Shown here one piece after another: positions 10,328-19,466 of a stretch of DNA of 64,000 nucleotides. The position numbers were made by a program, and so were the translations under genes. How positions within the stretch are numbered: the first letter of the stretch is position 1; each line of letters starts with the position of its first letter. Source of the stretch: an uncultured delta proteobacterium (lineage in GTDB: Bacteria > Myxococcota_A > Polyangia > Polyangiales > B10-G4); NCBI GenBank assembly GCA_963727445.1, contig CAVSGI010000020.1:96001-160000 (forward strand), in the 5' to 3' direction. The notes beneath the pieces were generated by a model that had not been told where the DNA came from, ran no database searches, and was given only the letters and a program-made list of their open reading frames with translations.

Positions 10328-10842
10328 TCCTGCGGGGGTCCACGCTATCGGAAGCAGTCAGAGCGTCCTGTTCCTACGAGTCGGCCGACGAGGAAACGGG
10401 AGAGCCGCGTGCAATCGTGCAATCCTCCTCAACCTGGTGTGGGCAAAGCGGGCTTCCGGAAGGGCTCAGCGAAGCGGTCGCTCTGTTAGGAGCGGGATGC
10501 GCACAGCTCAAGCGGGCGGGAACGCGTCGAATTGCGCTGAATCGCACTTCGCTCCGCGCACGGCCGACAGCGCGCCAAATTGCGCTGATTTGTGGCGCTG
10601 TGGGCCATTTCATCACGGCTCGGCCTACGCGCGACTCGCATTGGCGCGCCAGGAGAAGGAGCACGCGGAAGGGGCAGGCGATGCCCAGCGTACGGTGCGT
10701 CGAGACTCTCCCCACCGTCAGAAGCGAACTCCCTGAACGAGCCGTGGTATCTCGCCGCCGAAGAGTGTGCGAAGGGCGCGCGGGCGTCGTAGTCATGCTG
10801 CTCGAGGACCTCTTCATCAGCAGCGCTGTCGCGAGCGTGTTG

Positions 10843-10892
10843 CGCCCGCGGTCAGTCGAAACGTGTTTGAGTCGAGCCGGTTCGCGGCAGTC
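10843..10892 (+). repeat. 50-bp dispersed direct repeat, copy 2
   Basis: 49/50 identical to 5388-5437. Confidence 0.95.
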
Positions 10893-10926
10893 CGGCGCCG
10901 GCTGGGACTATGAGAGCCCGACGAAC

Positions 10927-11745
10927 ATGAACGTCGCGGCACCCGTGAGGATCACGACTGGCACAGCGGACCGAGCCACGAGTGCAAGACGTGCGGTACC
11001 CTCGCGGTTCGTGGCCTGGCTCCATGCGATGGTCTTACTGGCCGCCTGCGGCGGTGCAAGCGCGCCGGACCCCGTCACGCCCGCGCCCGTTGCTCCGATG
11101 CGCGAGACGGAAGCGGCGCCGAGCACGGGGCACGACGCCGAGCTTCGCGAAGCGGATGCGACCTGGCGTCGCTTCATCGCCGCGATGGCGAGCGACGAGG
11201 CCGGAGCCGCAGAGACCGCCGCCGATCTCGTGACGGCGAGCACGATCGAACACTACGAGCGGGCTCGAGTGGCCGCGCTCCAGGCATCGCGGGAGGAGGT
11301 GGAGTCCATGAGTGATCTGGACCGCTTCACCGTGCTCTCGCTTCGCACCGTCTTCCAGGACGAAACCCTCGCGGCGGCGGATGGCCGAGCGCTTTTCGTC
11401 GCCGTGGCCGAGCGGACGGACCACGCCGACACCATTCTCGAGGCCGCCTTCCTTCGCTACGAGGACGATGCCGCGGTTGCGCGTGTCACGGTGCACGGCG
11501 TCGAGGACACGGTATACGAGGTGCCGCTGGTGCGTCGCGATGACGGGGCCTTCCGCGTCGACATGAAGGCGTTCATGCGCGGGTTGCTCGAAGCAAACCT
11601 CGCACGCGGCGACGAGTCGACACTCGAGATCTTCGAGGGAAGGCGCGACGACATCGAGGGCCAGGGCGCGTGGGAACCGCTTCATGGCGACGACCAGAGC
11701 GCCCCGACTGGAGCGGAGGGCGACCGCGCGGTTCACGTGCGTTAG
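10927..11745 (+). CDS. Lipoprotein, NTF2-like fold possible
   Basis: VLLAA-CGG lipobox, Pro-rich linker, C-terminal VPLVRRDDGAFRVD. Confidence 0.7.
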   Translation: MNVAAPVRITTGTADRATSARRAVPSRFVAWLHAMVLLAACGGASAPDPVTPAPVAPMRETEAAPSTGHDAELREADATWRRFIAAMASDEAGAAETAADLVTASTIEHYERARVAALQASREEVESMSDLDRFTVLSLRTVFQDETLAAADGRALFVAVAERTDHADTILEAAFLRYEDDAAVARVTVHGVEDTVYEVPLVRRDDGAFRVDMKAFMRGLLEANLARGDESTLEIFEGRRDDIEGQGAWEPLHGDDQSAPTGAEGDRAVHVR

Positions 11746-11944
11746 TGCCTGGTCCAATGAGGAGTCCGAACTCGTACTCGTAGATCGGGTTCGTCAGGCA
11801 GAGCCGACGGCGGACGATGCGGAAGCCGGATCGCCGCACGAGGCGCTCGCATTCGGTGAGTTAAGTCGGCTCTAGGTGCCCAGGCCCCTCTCACGGACAC
11901 CATCGGAGTCGGCGGGTGACTGAGCCCAGTGCTATCGTCCGGCG

Positions 11945-12637
11945 GTGGTCATGCTACGTGAATACGCAATCGTCGTCTTCCTCCTGAGCGCCTGTGGGGG
12001 TACCTCGCCGCCGGCTGCCGAATCCCACGCCGTGCAGTCAGGCTCACGCGCGCCTGCACCGCCGAGCTCGCCTCCATCTGCGACGGACCCGGTCCTCGCG
12101 AGTCTCGAGACAATCGCTGGTGAGTACACTGGCGAGTGGACCCTCAGGGGGGTCGACGAGACGGGCGCACCGAAGGTCGTGATGTCGTGGACGGACGAGG
12201 TCTCGGTTCCGTTCGAGCCGATCCGCGAGCCCGGTCGAGCCTATCTGTCCGTGACCGATGAGATGACGTTCGAGGGCCCCGTCCCGGCGCGGACCGTCAC
12301 GTTCAAGGAGGGGTTCCTGGTCGCGGACGACGGTAGCGTCGGCGAACGCTTCTTCAATCAAGGGGACGGAGGGGCGGTGGTAGAGACGGAGCTCGCGCCG
12401 GGGGTCTACACCTTCTCGCAGGTCGCGACGCCAGAGGAGCTGGCGACGCTGGGGTTCACCGATGCGAACCCTGGCACTCACGTCACCGTGAAGACCACCA
12501 CCCGCGACGGGTCGGTCGAGCAGGAGCATATCTCGCGCGTGACGACTGCGCAGTGGAGGGACGCCGACGGGCGACCGCACACCACGCAGATGGTCACGCT
12601 CGAAGGGATGCATCGACGTTCAGCGGACCACTCTTGA
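11945..12637 (+). CDS. Lipoprotein with a beta-rich domain
   Basis: FLLSA-CGG lipobox; TATCGT -10-like element 6 nt upstream. Confidence 0.8.
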   Translation: MVMLREYAIVVFLLSACGGTSPPAAESHAVQSGSRAPAPPSSPPSATDPVLASLETIAGEYTGEWTLRGVDETGAPKVVMSWTDEVSVPFEPIREPGRAYLSVTDEMTFEGPVPARTVTFKEGFLVADDGSVGERFFNQGDGGAVVETELAPGVYTFSQVATPEELATLGFTDANPGTHVTVKTTTRDGSVEQEHISRVTTAQWRDADGRPHTTQMVTLEGMHRRSADHS

Positions 12638-12736
12638 GTCAAGAAGCGGTGGTAGCGGGATCGACGAGCCGCCCGGCGAGGGGGGATTCCGCCGCGGAGT
12701 GACGGCGTAGACGTCAGCCCACCGCGCTGGTCGACC

Positions 12737-12764
12737 GCGAACGGGTCAGAGGCGAACGGGTCAG
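12737..12764 (+). repeat. Tandem GCGAACGGGTCAG x2
   Basis: Copies at 12737-12749 and 12752-12764. Confidence 0.8.
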
Positions 12765-12787
12765 CGGATGGATCGACGGAGCGCTGG

Positions 12788-12848
12788 CTCCGGTTTCCAT
12801 CCTCCACGGACGCCAACCCCCGCACCGGACACCCGAGTTTCGCAGTAG
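12788..12848 (-). repeat. 61-bp repeat, copy B (inverted relative to A)
   Basis: Reverse complement is CTACTGCGAAACTCGGGTGTCCGGTGCGGGGGTTGGCGTCCGTGGAGGATGGAAACCGGAG. Confidence 0.9.
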
Positions 12849-12950
12849 CTGTGACTGGCTGTGATGAGTCAACTCGCGCCTGCGGCGGACGGGGACGAGA
12901 CAAAAATGCCTTGAAGAACGCATCCGTGAGCGGGTTGTTGCCGACGTCCG

Positions 12951-13013
12951 CTCCGGTTTCCAGCTTTCACGGAAGCCAACCCCCTCACCGGACGCCCGGA
13001 GGCGATCGTGTAG
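12951..13013 (-). repeat. 61-bp repeat family, copy C (variant end)
   Basis: Reverse complement is CTACACGATCGCCTCCGGGCGTCCGGTGAGGGGGTTGGCTTCCGTGAAAGCTGGAAACCGGAG. Confidence 0.85.
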
Positions 13014-13082
13014 CCCCTGACTCGCGGGATGGCGAGAGGCCGTTCGTGTCGGCTTCAACGGCTGCCGCCGGTCCCGCTCGAA

Positions 13083-14282
13083 TCAGAGCTCTGGGCAGGG
13101 CCGGGTCCGCTTTTGCATGCTGCCGGCTGGTGACACGTTCCACGCGCCCTGCATGCTGACGTGGAGCGGGTCCGTCAGACCGGTCGACGCGACGGTCGCG
13201 GGCGCCTCGCGAAAGCGGGTCCGAACGACGTCGTGCTCGCCGCCCATCGCATCGACACTGAATCGCCTCCCCGTCGATTCCCCGACTTCGAGACAGCGGC
13301 CGGTCGGCATCTCGGCCGCATCGAGGATCTCCATCTCGATGACCTCTTCGGTGTCGTCGTCGATGCGGGTCCGCTGCTCCAGGTACGTCACGACTGTCGC
13401 GAGCAGGGTGAGCGATGCTGGCTCGTCGCGCTCGTCCAACCATATCGTCGTTCGGCCTAGCCCTTCACCGTCCGCCGCCTCGTCACGCCACTCGAAATCG
13501 ACCGAGACCGTGCCGTCCATGACGAAGGCATCCTCGAGTGTGATGGACTGGTGTCCGAGCTCGACGAGCCTGAGTGGTGGGGCGCTCGCGTAGCCGCGAG
13601 AGGGGAAACAAACGACGATGAGGCAGTCCAGACGAGCGACCACGACGATCGCGACGTCATCGGAGTAGATGTCAAGGTCTCGCAGTAGAGAAAGATACGC
13701 GGGAGCGGGACGCGGCTCCGGCGCCGGCAGCGGGTGCGACGCCCCGCCGCTCATACGGGCCGGTGTGACGGAGGCCGTCGGCACCCTGCCCCGGAGCCAA
13801 CGTATCGTGACGCGGCCGCCCGCATCGTCCGTGTACGAGAGACGCACCCCGTCCGGGCCGTAGTCGCGGCCGCCGTCGATCGCGCTGGGCCGGCCGGCGC
13901 CGCCGACCGTCACGCAGGTGGGTAGGAGGGCTTCCTCGATGCACAGGAACGCGCCGTCGTGGTCTACACCACTGATGGCCGAAAGGACGCCCGGATCCTC
14001 CATGCCGTCCATGCGGAACAGAGACGTCACGCCCGCCGACTCCAACGCCTCGGTGAGCCGGTCGAAGACGGAGGTTTGTCCCGGCGGTTCGCTGCGGGCG
14101 CGTCGTTGCGTGGGGCCCGTCTCGTCGTGACTCGCCGCGCGCGTTTCGGCAGGTTGGCGCGCGGGCGCGGGCGTCTGCCCGGGCGGGCGGGCCCCGCAAG
14201 CGAGCGAGCCGAGCCCGAAGCAAAGCGCCAGGCATGGGCTCGCGAGACGTGTGATTCCCCGCAACGAGATCTCCTGCCGCAC
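13083..14282 (-). CDS. Hypothetical lipoprotein
   Basis: LGSLA-CGA lipobox, Pro-rich linker, globular remainder; start uncertain. Confidence 0.7.
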   Translation of the reverse strand: MRQEISLRGITRLASPCLALCFGLGSLACGARPPGQTPAPARQPAETRAASHDETGPTQRRARSEPPGQTSVFDRLTEALESAGVTSLFRMDGMEDPGVLSAISGVDHDGAFLCIEEALLPTCVTVGGAGRPSAIDGGRDYGPDGVRLSYTDDAGGRVTIRWLRGRVPTASVTPARMSGGASHPLPAPEPRPAPAYLSLLRDLDIYSDDVAIVVVARLDCLIVVCFPSRGYASAPPLRLVELGHQSITLEDAFVMDGTVSVDFEWRDEAADGEGLGRTTIWLDERDEPASLTLLATVVTYLEQRTRIDDDTEEVIEMEILDAAEMPTGRCLEVGESTGRRFSVDAMGGEHDVVRTRFREAPATVASTGLTDPLHVSMQGAWNVSPAGSMQKRTRPCPEL

Positions 14283-14347
14283 ATTCTACGAAACGAGCGT
14301 TCCCATCTTCCCACCGTTGGACGAGCCTCACCTTCGGAATCCGCAGA

Positions 14348-14367
14348 GAAGGAACAGCCCGACGTAC
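14348..14367 (+). repeat. Upstream inverted copy of the RAYT-associated repeat
   Basis: GAAGGAACAGCCCGACGTAC versus the reverse complement of the downstream unit, AATGGAACGGCCCGACGTAC (16/17 over the core). Confidence 0.8.
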
Positions 14368-15652
14368 CCGAAAATCCGCCCAGTCGGCGCGACAGCGACG
14401 ACCGCGCTCGTGCGCCGGACGACGCTGCGCAAGGCGTTCCTCGCGCCCTGGGACCCGATGGTCGAACAGATCTGGCTCTACGCGCTCGCCGACGCGCAGC
14501 GCGAGACCGATGTCGACGTCCACTTCTCGGGCCTGTTCGTCACACACCACCACACGGACGTGACGCCCACCACGAACAATCTGCCCGAGTTCACGCGGCG
14601 TTTTCACCGCGACCTGAGCTGCGGTCTTCACACGCTCCTCTGCGAGCACAAGTATGACGCGCCCCACGAGCTGCTCGACGACCGGTCGACCCATTGGACC
14701 CGCCTCGTCGACGCGCCCGCCCAGGCGAGCCGCCTGGTGTACGACGCGGTCAATGCCGTCGCTGCGGGCCTCGTCGCGCGCCCCGAGGACATGCCCCTGC
14801 GCTTCCTCGACTTCGGGCTTTGGAAGGGCGGATACATCGAGGTCGAGCGGCCACCGCTGTACTTCGCCAAGAGCCGCCCGAGATTCTTGAGGCTCCGCCT
14901 GACGCCGACGCCGCTCCTCTACCGGGCCTTCGGCGGCGACCTCGACGCGCTCGTCTTCCACATGCGGCGGCTCACCCACGACGCCGTCAAGGCCCTCCGC
15001 GCCGCCCGCGCCGGGCCCGTGCTCGGCGCCAAACGCGTGCGGCGCCTTCACCCCTGGGATGAGCCGCGCACCCTGCGCGAGTCGGGACCGACCCCGCACC
15101 GCACGTTCCGCATCGGCGCCAGCGACATCCTCGGCCGACGGCGCCGCATCGCCGCCGCCGTCGAGGTCCGTGACTTTCGACGCGGTCACCACGCCACCCG
15201 CGTCGCCCGCCGCGATGGAGACCTCGAGGCGCGTTATCCCTTCGGCACCTACGCCGCACACGTCCACCGCGGCGAGCCTGTCGACGACGTCGACGAGGCC
15301 GCAATCATCGCCGCCCCCGGCCCGCTCCTGAGCGACGTCGAGGCCGAGCTCGCCGACGCGCGTGTTTCCGCGGACAACGTGCGCGATGAGACGCGCCACC
15401 TCGCTCGCGCTGTCCGTGAGACCTTCGAAGACGAGGCTGGCGCCATCGCCGAAGACGCGCACCTCGACCTCGCCACCACCGTCCGCGTCCCCTTGGACCG
15501 GGCGATGGGCGACGACGTGACCGACCCGCGCGCGCGGGCCGTCGTCCGACACCGCTTCGACAAGAAGCACCGCGAGGCCGCACGCCGCATCATCACCCTG
15601 CGCGACCGACGTCGCGGACAGACCTCCGGGCAAAGACCCACCTGGCGGCTGA
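14368..15652 (+). CDS. RAYT-like Y1/HUH tyrosine transposase with a long C-terminal extension; start damaged, probable frameshift near the 3' end
   Basis: TALVRRTTLRKAFL (TxR strand), THHH (HUH), LPEF...H, VYDAVNAVAAGLV..PEDMP (catalytic Tyr and NPVxAGL-like motif), YPFGTY. The alternate frame ends RPPGKDPPGG-TGA at 15652. Confidence 0.8.
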
Positions 15653-15712
15653 CAGCGCGCCGCGCGAGGGCGCTCGTCGTTTGGAAGTCACGCCGGGCGG
15701 CGCACGCGTGCG

Positions 15713-15853
15713 GTTCCATTAGTTCCACGTCGGGCCGTTCCATTAAACGACGTTCCATTCGAGTCGGCGCGTACGTCGGGCCGTTCCATTCGGGCGCGTA
15801 CGTCGGGCCGTTCCATTCGTTCCATTCGGGCGCGTACGTCGGGCCGTTCCATT
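15713..15853 (+). repeat. Stuttered REP-like array
   Basis: 27-bp unit CGGGCGCGTACGTCGGGCCGTTCCATT at 15791-15817 and 15827-15853, near-complete at 15765-15790; 7 copies of GTTCCATT in total. Confidence 0.95.
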
Positions 15854-15924
15854 CTCGTGCAGCGCCACGGTCCGCTCGGACATGACGGTTGCGGCACGCG
15901 AGTGAAGTCCGTTATCCGTTGAGG

Positions 15925-17115
15925 ATGTCTCGACTAGAAGCCCGCGTCCTGGTCTGCGCTCACTGTGGCGCCCCCCTTCCCGTCACCGACAGTGGTGGCC
16001 AGGTCACCTGCGCCTACTGTGCGATTGTCTCGACCGTGGGCGAGCGACCGTTTCAGGCACGGCCGCTACCCACGCTTCCCGACGCGGCGACCGAGGCTGC
16101 TCGCCAGAAGCGCCTTCGGGCTCAGCTCACCACCTCCCGGGACAGCCGCTACAGCGTCTTCCACCGGCCCGAGGGGTTGGACGACATCGATGGCATGGAC
16201 ACGCGCGCGGAAACCCGCGAGCGCCTCGTCGAAGCATTCCGGGTCGCGATCACGCTGATGCGCAAGAGCCGGAATGCGGACCTCGAACATCGCGTCTTCT
16301 GGATTGCCATGCGCATCAAGAACCTGGATTCACTCACCGGGTCGTCCGATGGCTTCGTCCCGTTTCTGCAAGCAGCGAGCGAGCAACTGCAGGAGGCCGG
16401 GTACCGGCAGATCCTGCTCTGCGAGCTCGCCTATCGCGCCATCGCGGAACGTCGGTTGGAGGACGCCGAGGGCTGGCTGGCACAATGCGATCCCGCGTCG
16501 CAGGACCTCCTCGTCGACAACGCCGTCCGCGCCTCCCGCGTCTTCTTGGCTCTCCGGAGAGAAGCGTACGACGAGGCCCTAGCGCTTCTGGGGCGTGATG
16601 CCGAAAGCGTCGCAGTGGCCGAGGAGCACATCGTCACGTTCGGGCTCGATTGGATTTACGTCTTGGAAGAGCTCGGTGAGCGGGAGGTTGCCGAGTCACA
16701 GCTGCTCGCGTTGGTCGAGGCCAAGGCTGCCGCGACCGCGGCGGCCAACGTCGGGCTCGTCGGAACGTCCATGACTTTCGAAGAGCTTCAGTCCGAGTGC
16801 CGCAGGGTCGCGACGGGTTTCGTCGCGGGAAGCGTCCGCGTAGCGGGCGACACTGCTGAACCGCTGGCCAACGTGTGGCGACGCGTTGCGGTGGCCGATT
16901 ATCTGCCGCCTCTCGACGAGGCGCTCGCCACCCTGGATGGGCAGGGCGACGAGGACGAACCCGACGATGAAGCAGCACGCGATCGCCCAGAGCCCCACAT
17001 GGCGCAGGCCAGCGACTCCGCGCGGCTCCAGAAGAGTGGGCTCCTGATCTGGGTGGTCTTCGGCACCATCCTGGTCGTGGGGGCCCTCCTCGGGATGTTC
17101 GTCCTCTCGCAATGA
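15925..17115 (+). CDS. Zinc-ribbon, helical (TPR-like) protein with a C-terminal TM anchor
   Basis: CAHCGAPL...VTCAYC; hydrophobic C-terminus. Confidence 0.8.
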   Translation: MSRLEARVLVCAHCGAPLPVTDSGGQVTCAYCAIVSTVGERPFQARPLPTLPDAATEAARQKRLRAQLTTSRDSRYSVFHRPEGLDDIDGMDTRAETRERLVEAFRVAITLMRKSRNADLEHRVFWIAMRIKNLDSLTGSSDGFVPFLQAASEQLQEAGYRQILLCELAYRAIAERRLEDAEGWLAQCDPASQDLLVDNAVRASRVFLALRREAYDEALALLGRDAESVAVAEEHIVTFGLDWIYVLEELGEREVAESQLLALVEAKAAATAAANVGLVGTSMTFEELQSECRRVATGFVAGSVRVAGDTAEPLANVWRRVAVADYLPPLDEALATLDGQGDEDEPDDEAARDRPEPHMAQASDSARLQKSGLLIWVVFGTILVVGALLGMFVLSQ

Positions 17116-17277
17116 CGGTCTGCGGCTCGGACCCATCCATGATGGCCTGGCTCATCGTCGTCTTGAGCCGAGGGCTCGGCGCTGGAGCTCATCTCGTCTT
17201 GCAGTATGGGCTGACCACGCCCGTCGATCTCCGATCGCGAGCGCGGTCGGACGCCTCCGCGGTGAGCGCGACGGTGA

Positions 17278-17376
17278 GCAGCTGAACGCGACGAGGCGGT
17301 CCGTGCCGCATGCGTCGCAGCGAAAGCGCGCGAAGCCGTGGGCGAGGACGCCGCACTCGAGGAAGCGCCGGAGCTC
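17278..17376 (-). pseudogene. IS91-family transposase zinc-binding domain remnant
   Basis: Manual translation: ELRRFLECGVLAHGFARFRCDACGTDRLVAFSC. Confidence 0.85.
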
Positions 17377-17421
17377 GGCCGCGCCGCCGCCGGGCCGCCG
17401 GCGGACGCCACTCGCGGACGA

Positions 17422-18018
17422 TCACTCTTCGCTGACGACGAACTGCAGACGCATTCCGGGCACGACGTCGGTCAGCTCCGAGACGAAGCGTCCGTTCGCC
17501 GAGTGCGCGGGTAGATAGGTCCACGTCGTCTGCGTGCTTCCCATCACCGAGGAGCGCTGGGTCTCGGCGGGGATCTCGATGGCGAGCATCAGGTTGTCTT
17601 CGGTGAAGCCGCTCGGGATCGAGGTCGCGGGGATCGAGACCTCGACCGGCCCGCCCGCGAGGTTGATCCCCGGCTGAAGGTGCAGGGTGGGGCCGACCGG
17701 TTTCTCGTAGTCCCGATTGTTGAAGGCCTGGGTCTGCTCCTGGACGGAGAAGTGAACCTCCACCGGCTCGCCCAACGCGCCCGCTGGAAACTCCACGCGC
17801 GCGCTGTTGCCGAGGGTGAGCGTCCCGCCGGGTCCAGCGAGCTCCGCTTCGACCAGACGATCGCCGGTCAGGAAGACGGGGTTCGGGTCCGCCGCGCCGC
17901 CACCACCACCCGTGGAGCCGCCGCCGCCGCCGCCAGATCCCTGGTTGGCGCTACCGCCTCCGCACCCCGAGAGGGAAAGCCCCAAGAAGACGACCCACAA
18001 AGCTCTTTGCACGTTCAT
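17422..18018 (-). CDS. Lipoprotein with a ZU5-like domain
   Basis: LSLSG-CGGG, Gly linker, GPGGTLTL...VEFPAGAL...VGP...PVEVSIP. Confidence 0.75.
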   Translation of the reverse strand: MNVQRALWVVFLGLSLSGCGGGSANQGSGGGGGGSTGGGGGAADPNPVFLTGDRLVEAELAGPGGTLTLGNSARVEFPAGALGEPVEVHFSVQEQTQAFNNRDYEKPVGPTLHLQPGINLAGGPVEVSIPATSIPSGFTEDNLMLAIEIPAETQRSSVMGSTQTTWTYLPAHSANGRFVSELTDVVPGMRLQFVVSEE

Positions 18019-18137
18019 TTTCGAGCCCCCTGAGGGGTGGGAGCTTTTCCCACTTTGCCCTCTATCAGGAATGCTACGAAAACCCGGGGGTTGTGCAAAC
18101 AATCCCTCAAAAAGGGTGTCACCCTCCTCGACGCCTC

Positions 18138-19466
18138 ATGCGGCTCTCTTCCATCAAGACCGCCGTCGCCACCCTCGGGCGCCTGTGGCGGCGCATCGTG
18201 GACCCGATCCCGATCACCGGGCTGGGCATCCTGGCCACCCTCGTGTTCTGGGCCGGGCTGACCTTCTTCGGGATGGAAAAGATGGACGTGGTGCTCCTCG
18301 TCGCCTGCTCGGCGGGGCTCGGGCTGGTGGGTATCGCGGTGGCCGGTGTCGTCCTCTTCGGGATCGCGCTCCGGATCCGCGCACGCCATCCAGGGCCTCG
18401 CAGCGAGCTCCATCTCGAGACCCAGCGCGAGTCGCCGACCGGCTGGGAGCTCCCCACCTTCGGCTTCCTGCCGCTGGTCGCCGTGCGCTGGGAGTGGGAG
18501 CGCCCCGACGGGTTCGTGGTGGACCCGGAGCGAAAGCTCTTCAAGCGCCTCGAGCGCGTGACGACCGACCGGCGCGGACGCCACCACGGGGTGCGAAGGC
18601 GCGTGATCGTCGAGGATGTCTTCCGTCTCGCGCGGGTGGCTTTTCGGGTCGACGATCCAGTGGTGATCGACGTGCGACCGCATCCCGGTCGGCTGGGGAG
18701 GATGGAGCCGCTGACGGCCTTCGCCGGTGGCGACGATGCGCCGCATCCGATGGGCATCGACGACGGCGACCGCACGGAGCTGCGCCGCTACGCGCCCGGT
18801 GACCCGGCGCGCTTCATCCACTGGAAGGCCTTCGCGCGCACGCGAAAGCTCGTGGTGCGCGTCCCCGAGCGCGCGCTCAGCCAGGCGCGGCGAACGGCGG
18901 CGTACCTGATCTCGGGCGACGAGGACGAGGCGTCCGCAGCCGCGGCGCGGGTGGCGGTGGAGCGTGGCGCGCTGGGCCGCGACTGGATCTTCGGGGCGTC
19001 GGGTGCGAGCAGCGATGCCGACGATGCGGCGGATGCGATCGAGCTGATCGTGAGCTCGGCGGCGCATCGCGACGCGGGCGCCGCGGGTCTGGCGGCCTTC
19101 GTCCAGCGCGCCGAGCGGGCGGGACCCGCGGCGTTGGTGGTCTTCGCGCCGCCGACCGAGGGCCCGTGGATCGACGCCGTGCAAGCGGTCGCGGCGAAGC
19201 GACCGCGCGGGCTTCGGGTGGTGATCGCGGTCGATGGGCTCATCCCCGAGGGAGAGCGCGGTCCCGTCGCGAAGCTGCTCACGGTTCCCGGGGCGCCTCA
19301 GGGGTTGCCGGTGGAGGTCCTCGATCGGACGCTGCGCGCCCTCGGGCGCTCCCGCATCGACGTCGTCGTCTACGACCGGCCGAGCGGGCGCCGGCTGGGC
19401 GGGGCGCACGTGAGCCGCGCGAAGAAGGCGGCGACGTCGCCGCGCGCCGAGGCGGAGGCCGCGTGA
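18138..19466 (+). CDS. DUF58 domain membrane protein
   Basis: Two N-terminal TM helices; ELRRYAPGDPARFIHWKAFAR. Confidence 0.9.
   Translation: MRLSSIKTAVATLGRLWRRIVDPIPITGLGILATLVFWAGLTFFGMEKMDVVLLVACSAGLGLVGIAVAGVVLFGIALRIRARHPGPRSELHLETQRESPTGWELPTFGFLPLVAVRWEWERPDGFVVDPERKLFKRLERVTTDRRGRHHGVRRRVIVEDVFRLARVAFRVDDPVVIDVRPHPGRLGRMEPLTAFAGGDDAPHPMGIDDGDRTELRRYAPGDPARFIHWKAFARTRKLVVRVPERALSQARRTAAYLISGDEDEASAAAARVAVERGALGRDWIFGASGASSDADDAADAIELIVSSAAHRDAGAAGLAAFVQRAERAGPAALVVFAPPTEGPWIDAVQAVAAKRPRGLRVVIAVDGLIPEGERGPVAKLLTVPGAPQGLPVEVLDRTLRALGRSRIDVVVYDRPSGRRLGGAHVSRAKKAATSPRAEAEAA

Noticed and set aside
9336..12787. Integron cassette array
   Set aside because: The genes are short and co-oriented, but no convincing attC (RYYYAAC...GTTRRRY) sites or integron integrase were found.
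15713..15853. CRISPR array
   Set aside because: Units are adjacent or separated by only a few bases, there are no unique spacers, and no cas genes are present.
15653..15885. C-terminal GAYVGPFHS peptide repeats of the transposase
   Set aside because: This is probably read-through into the DNA repeat array after a frameshift; the adjacent frame gives a natural stop at 15652.
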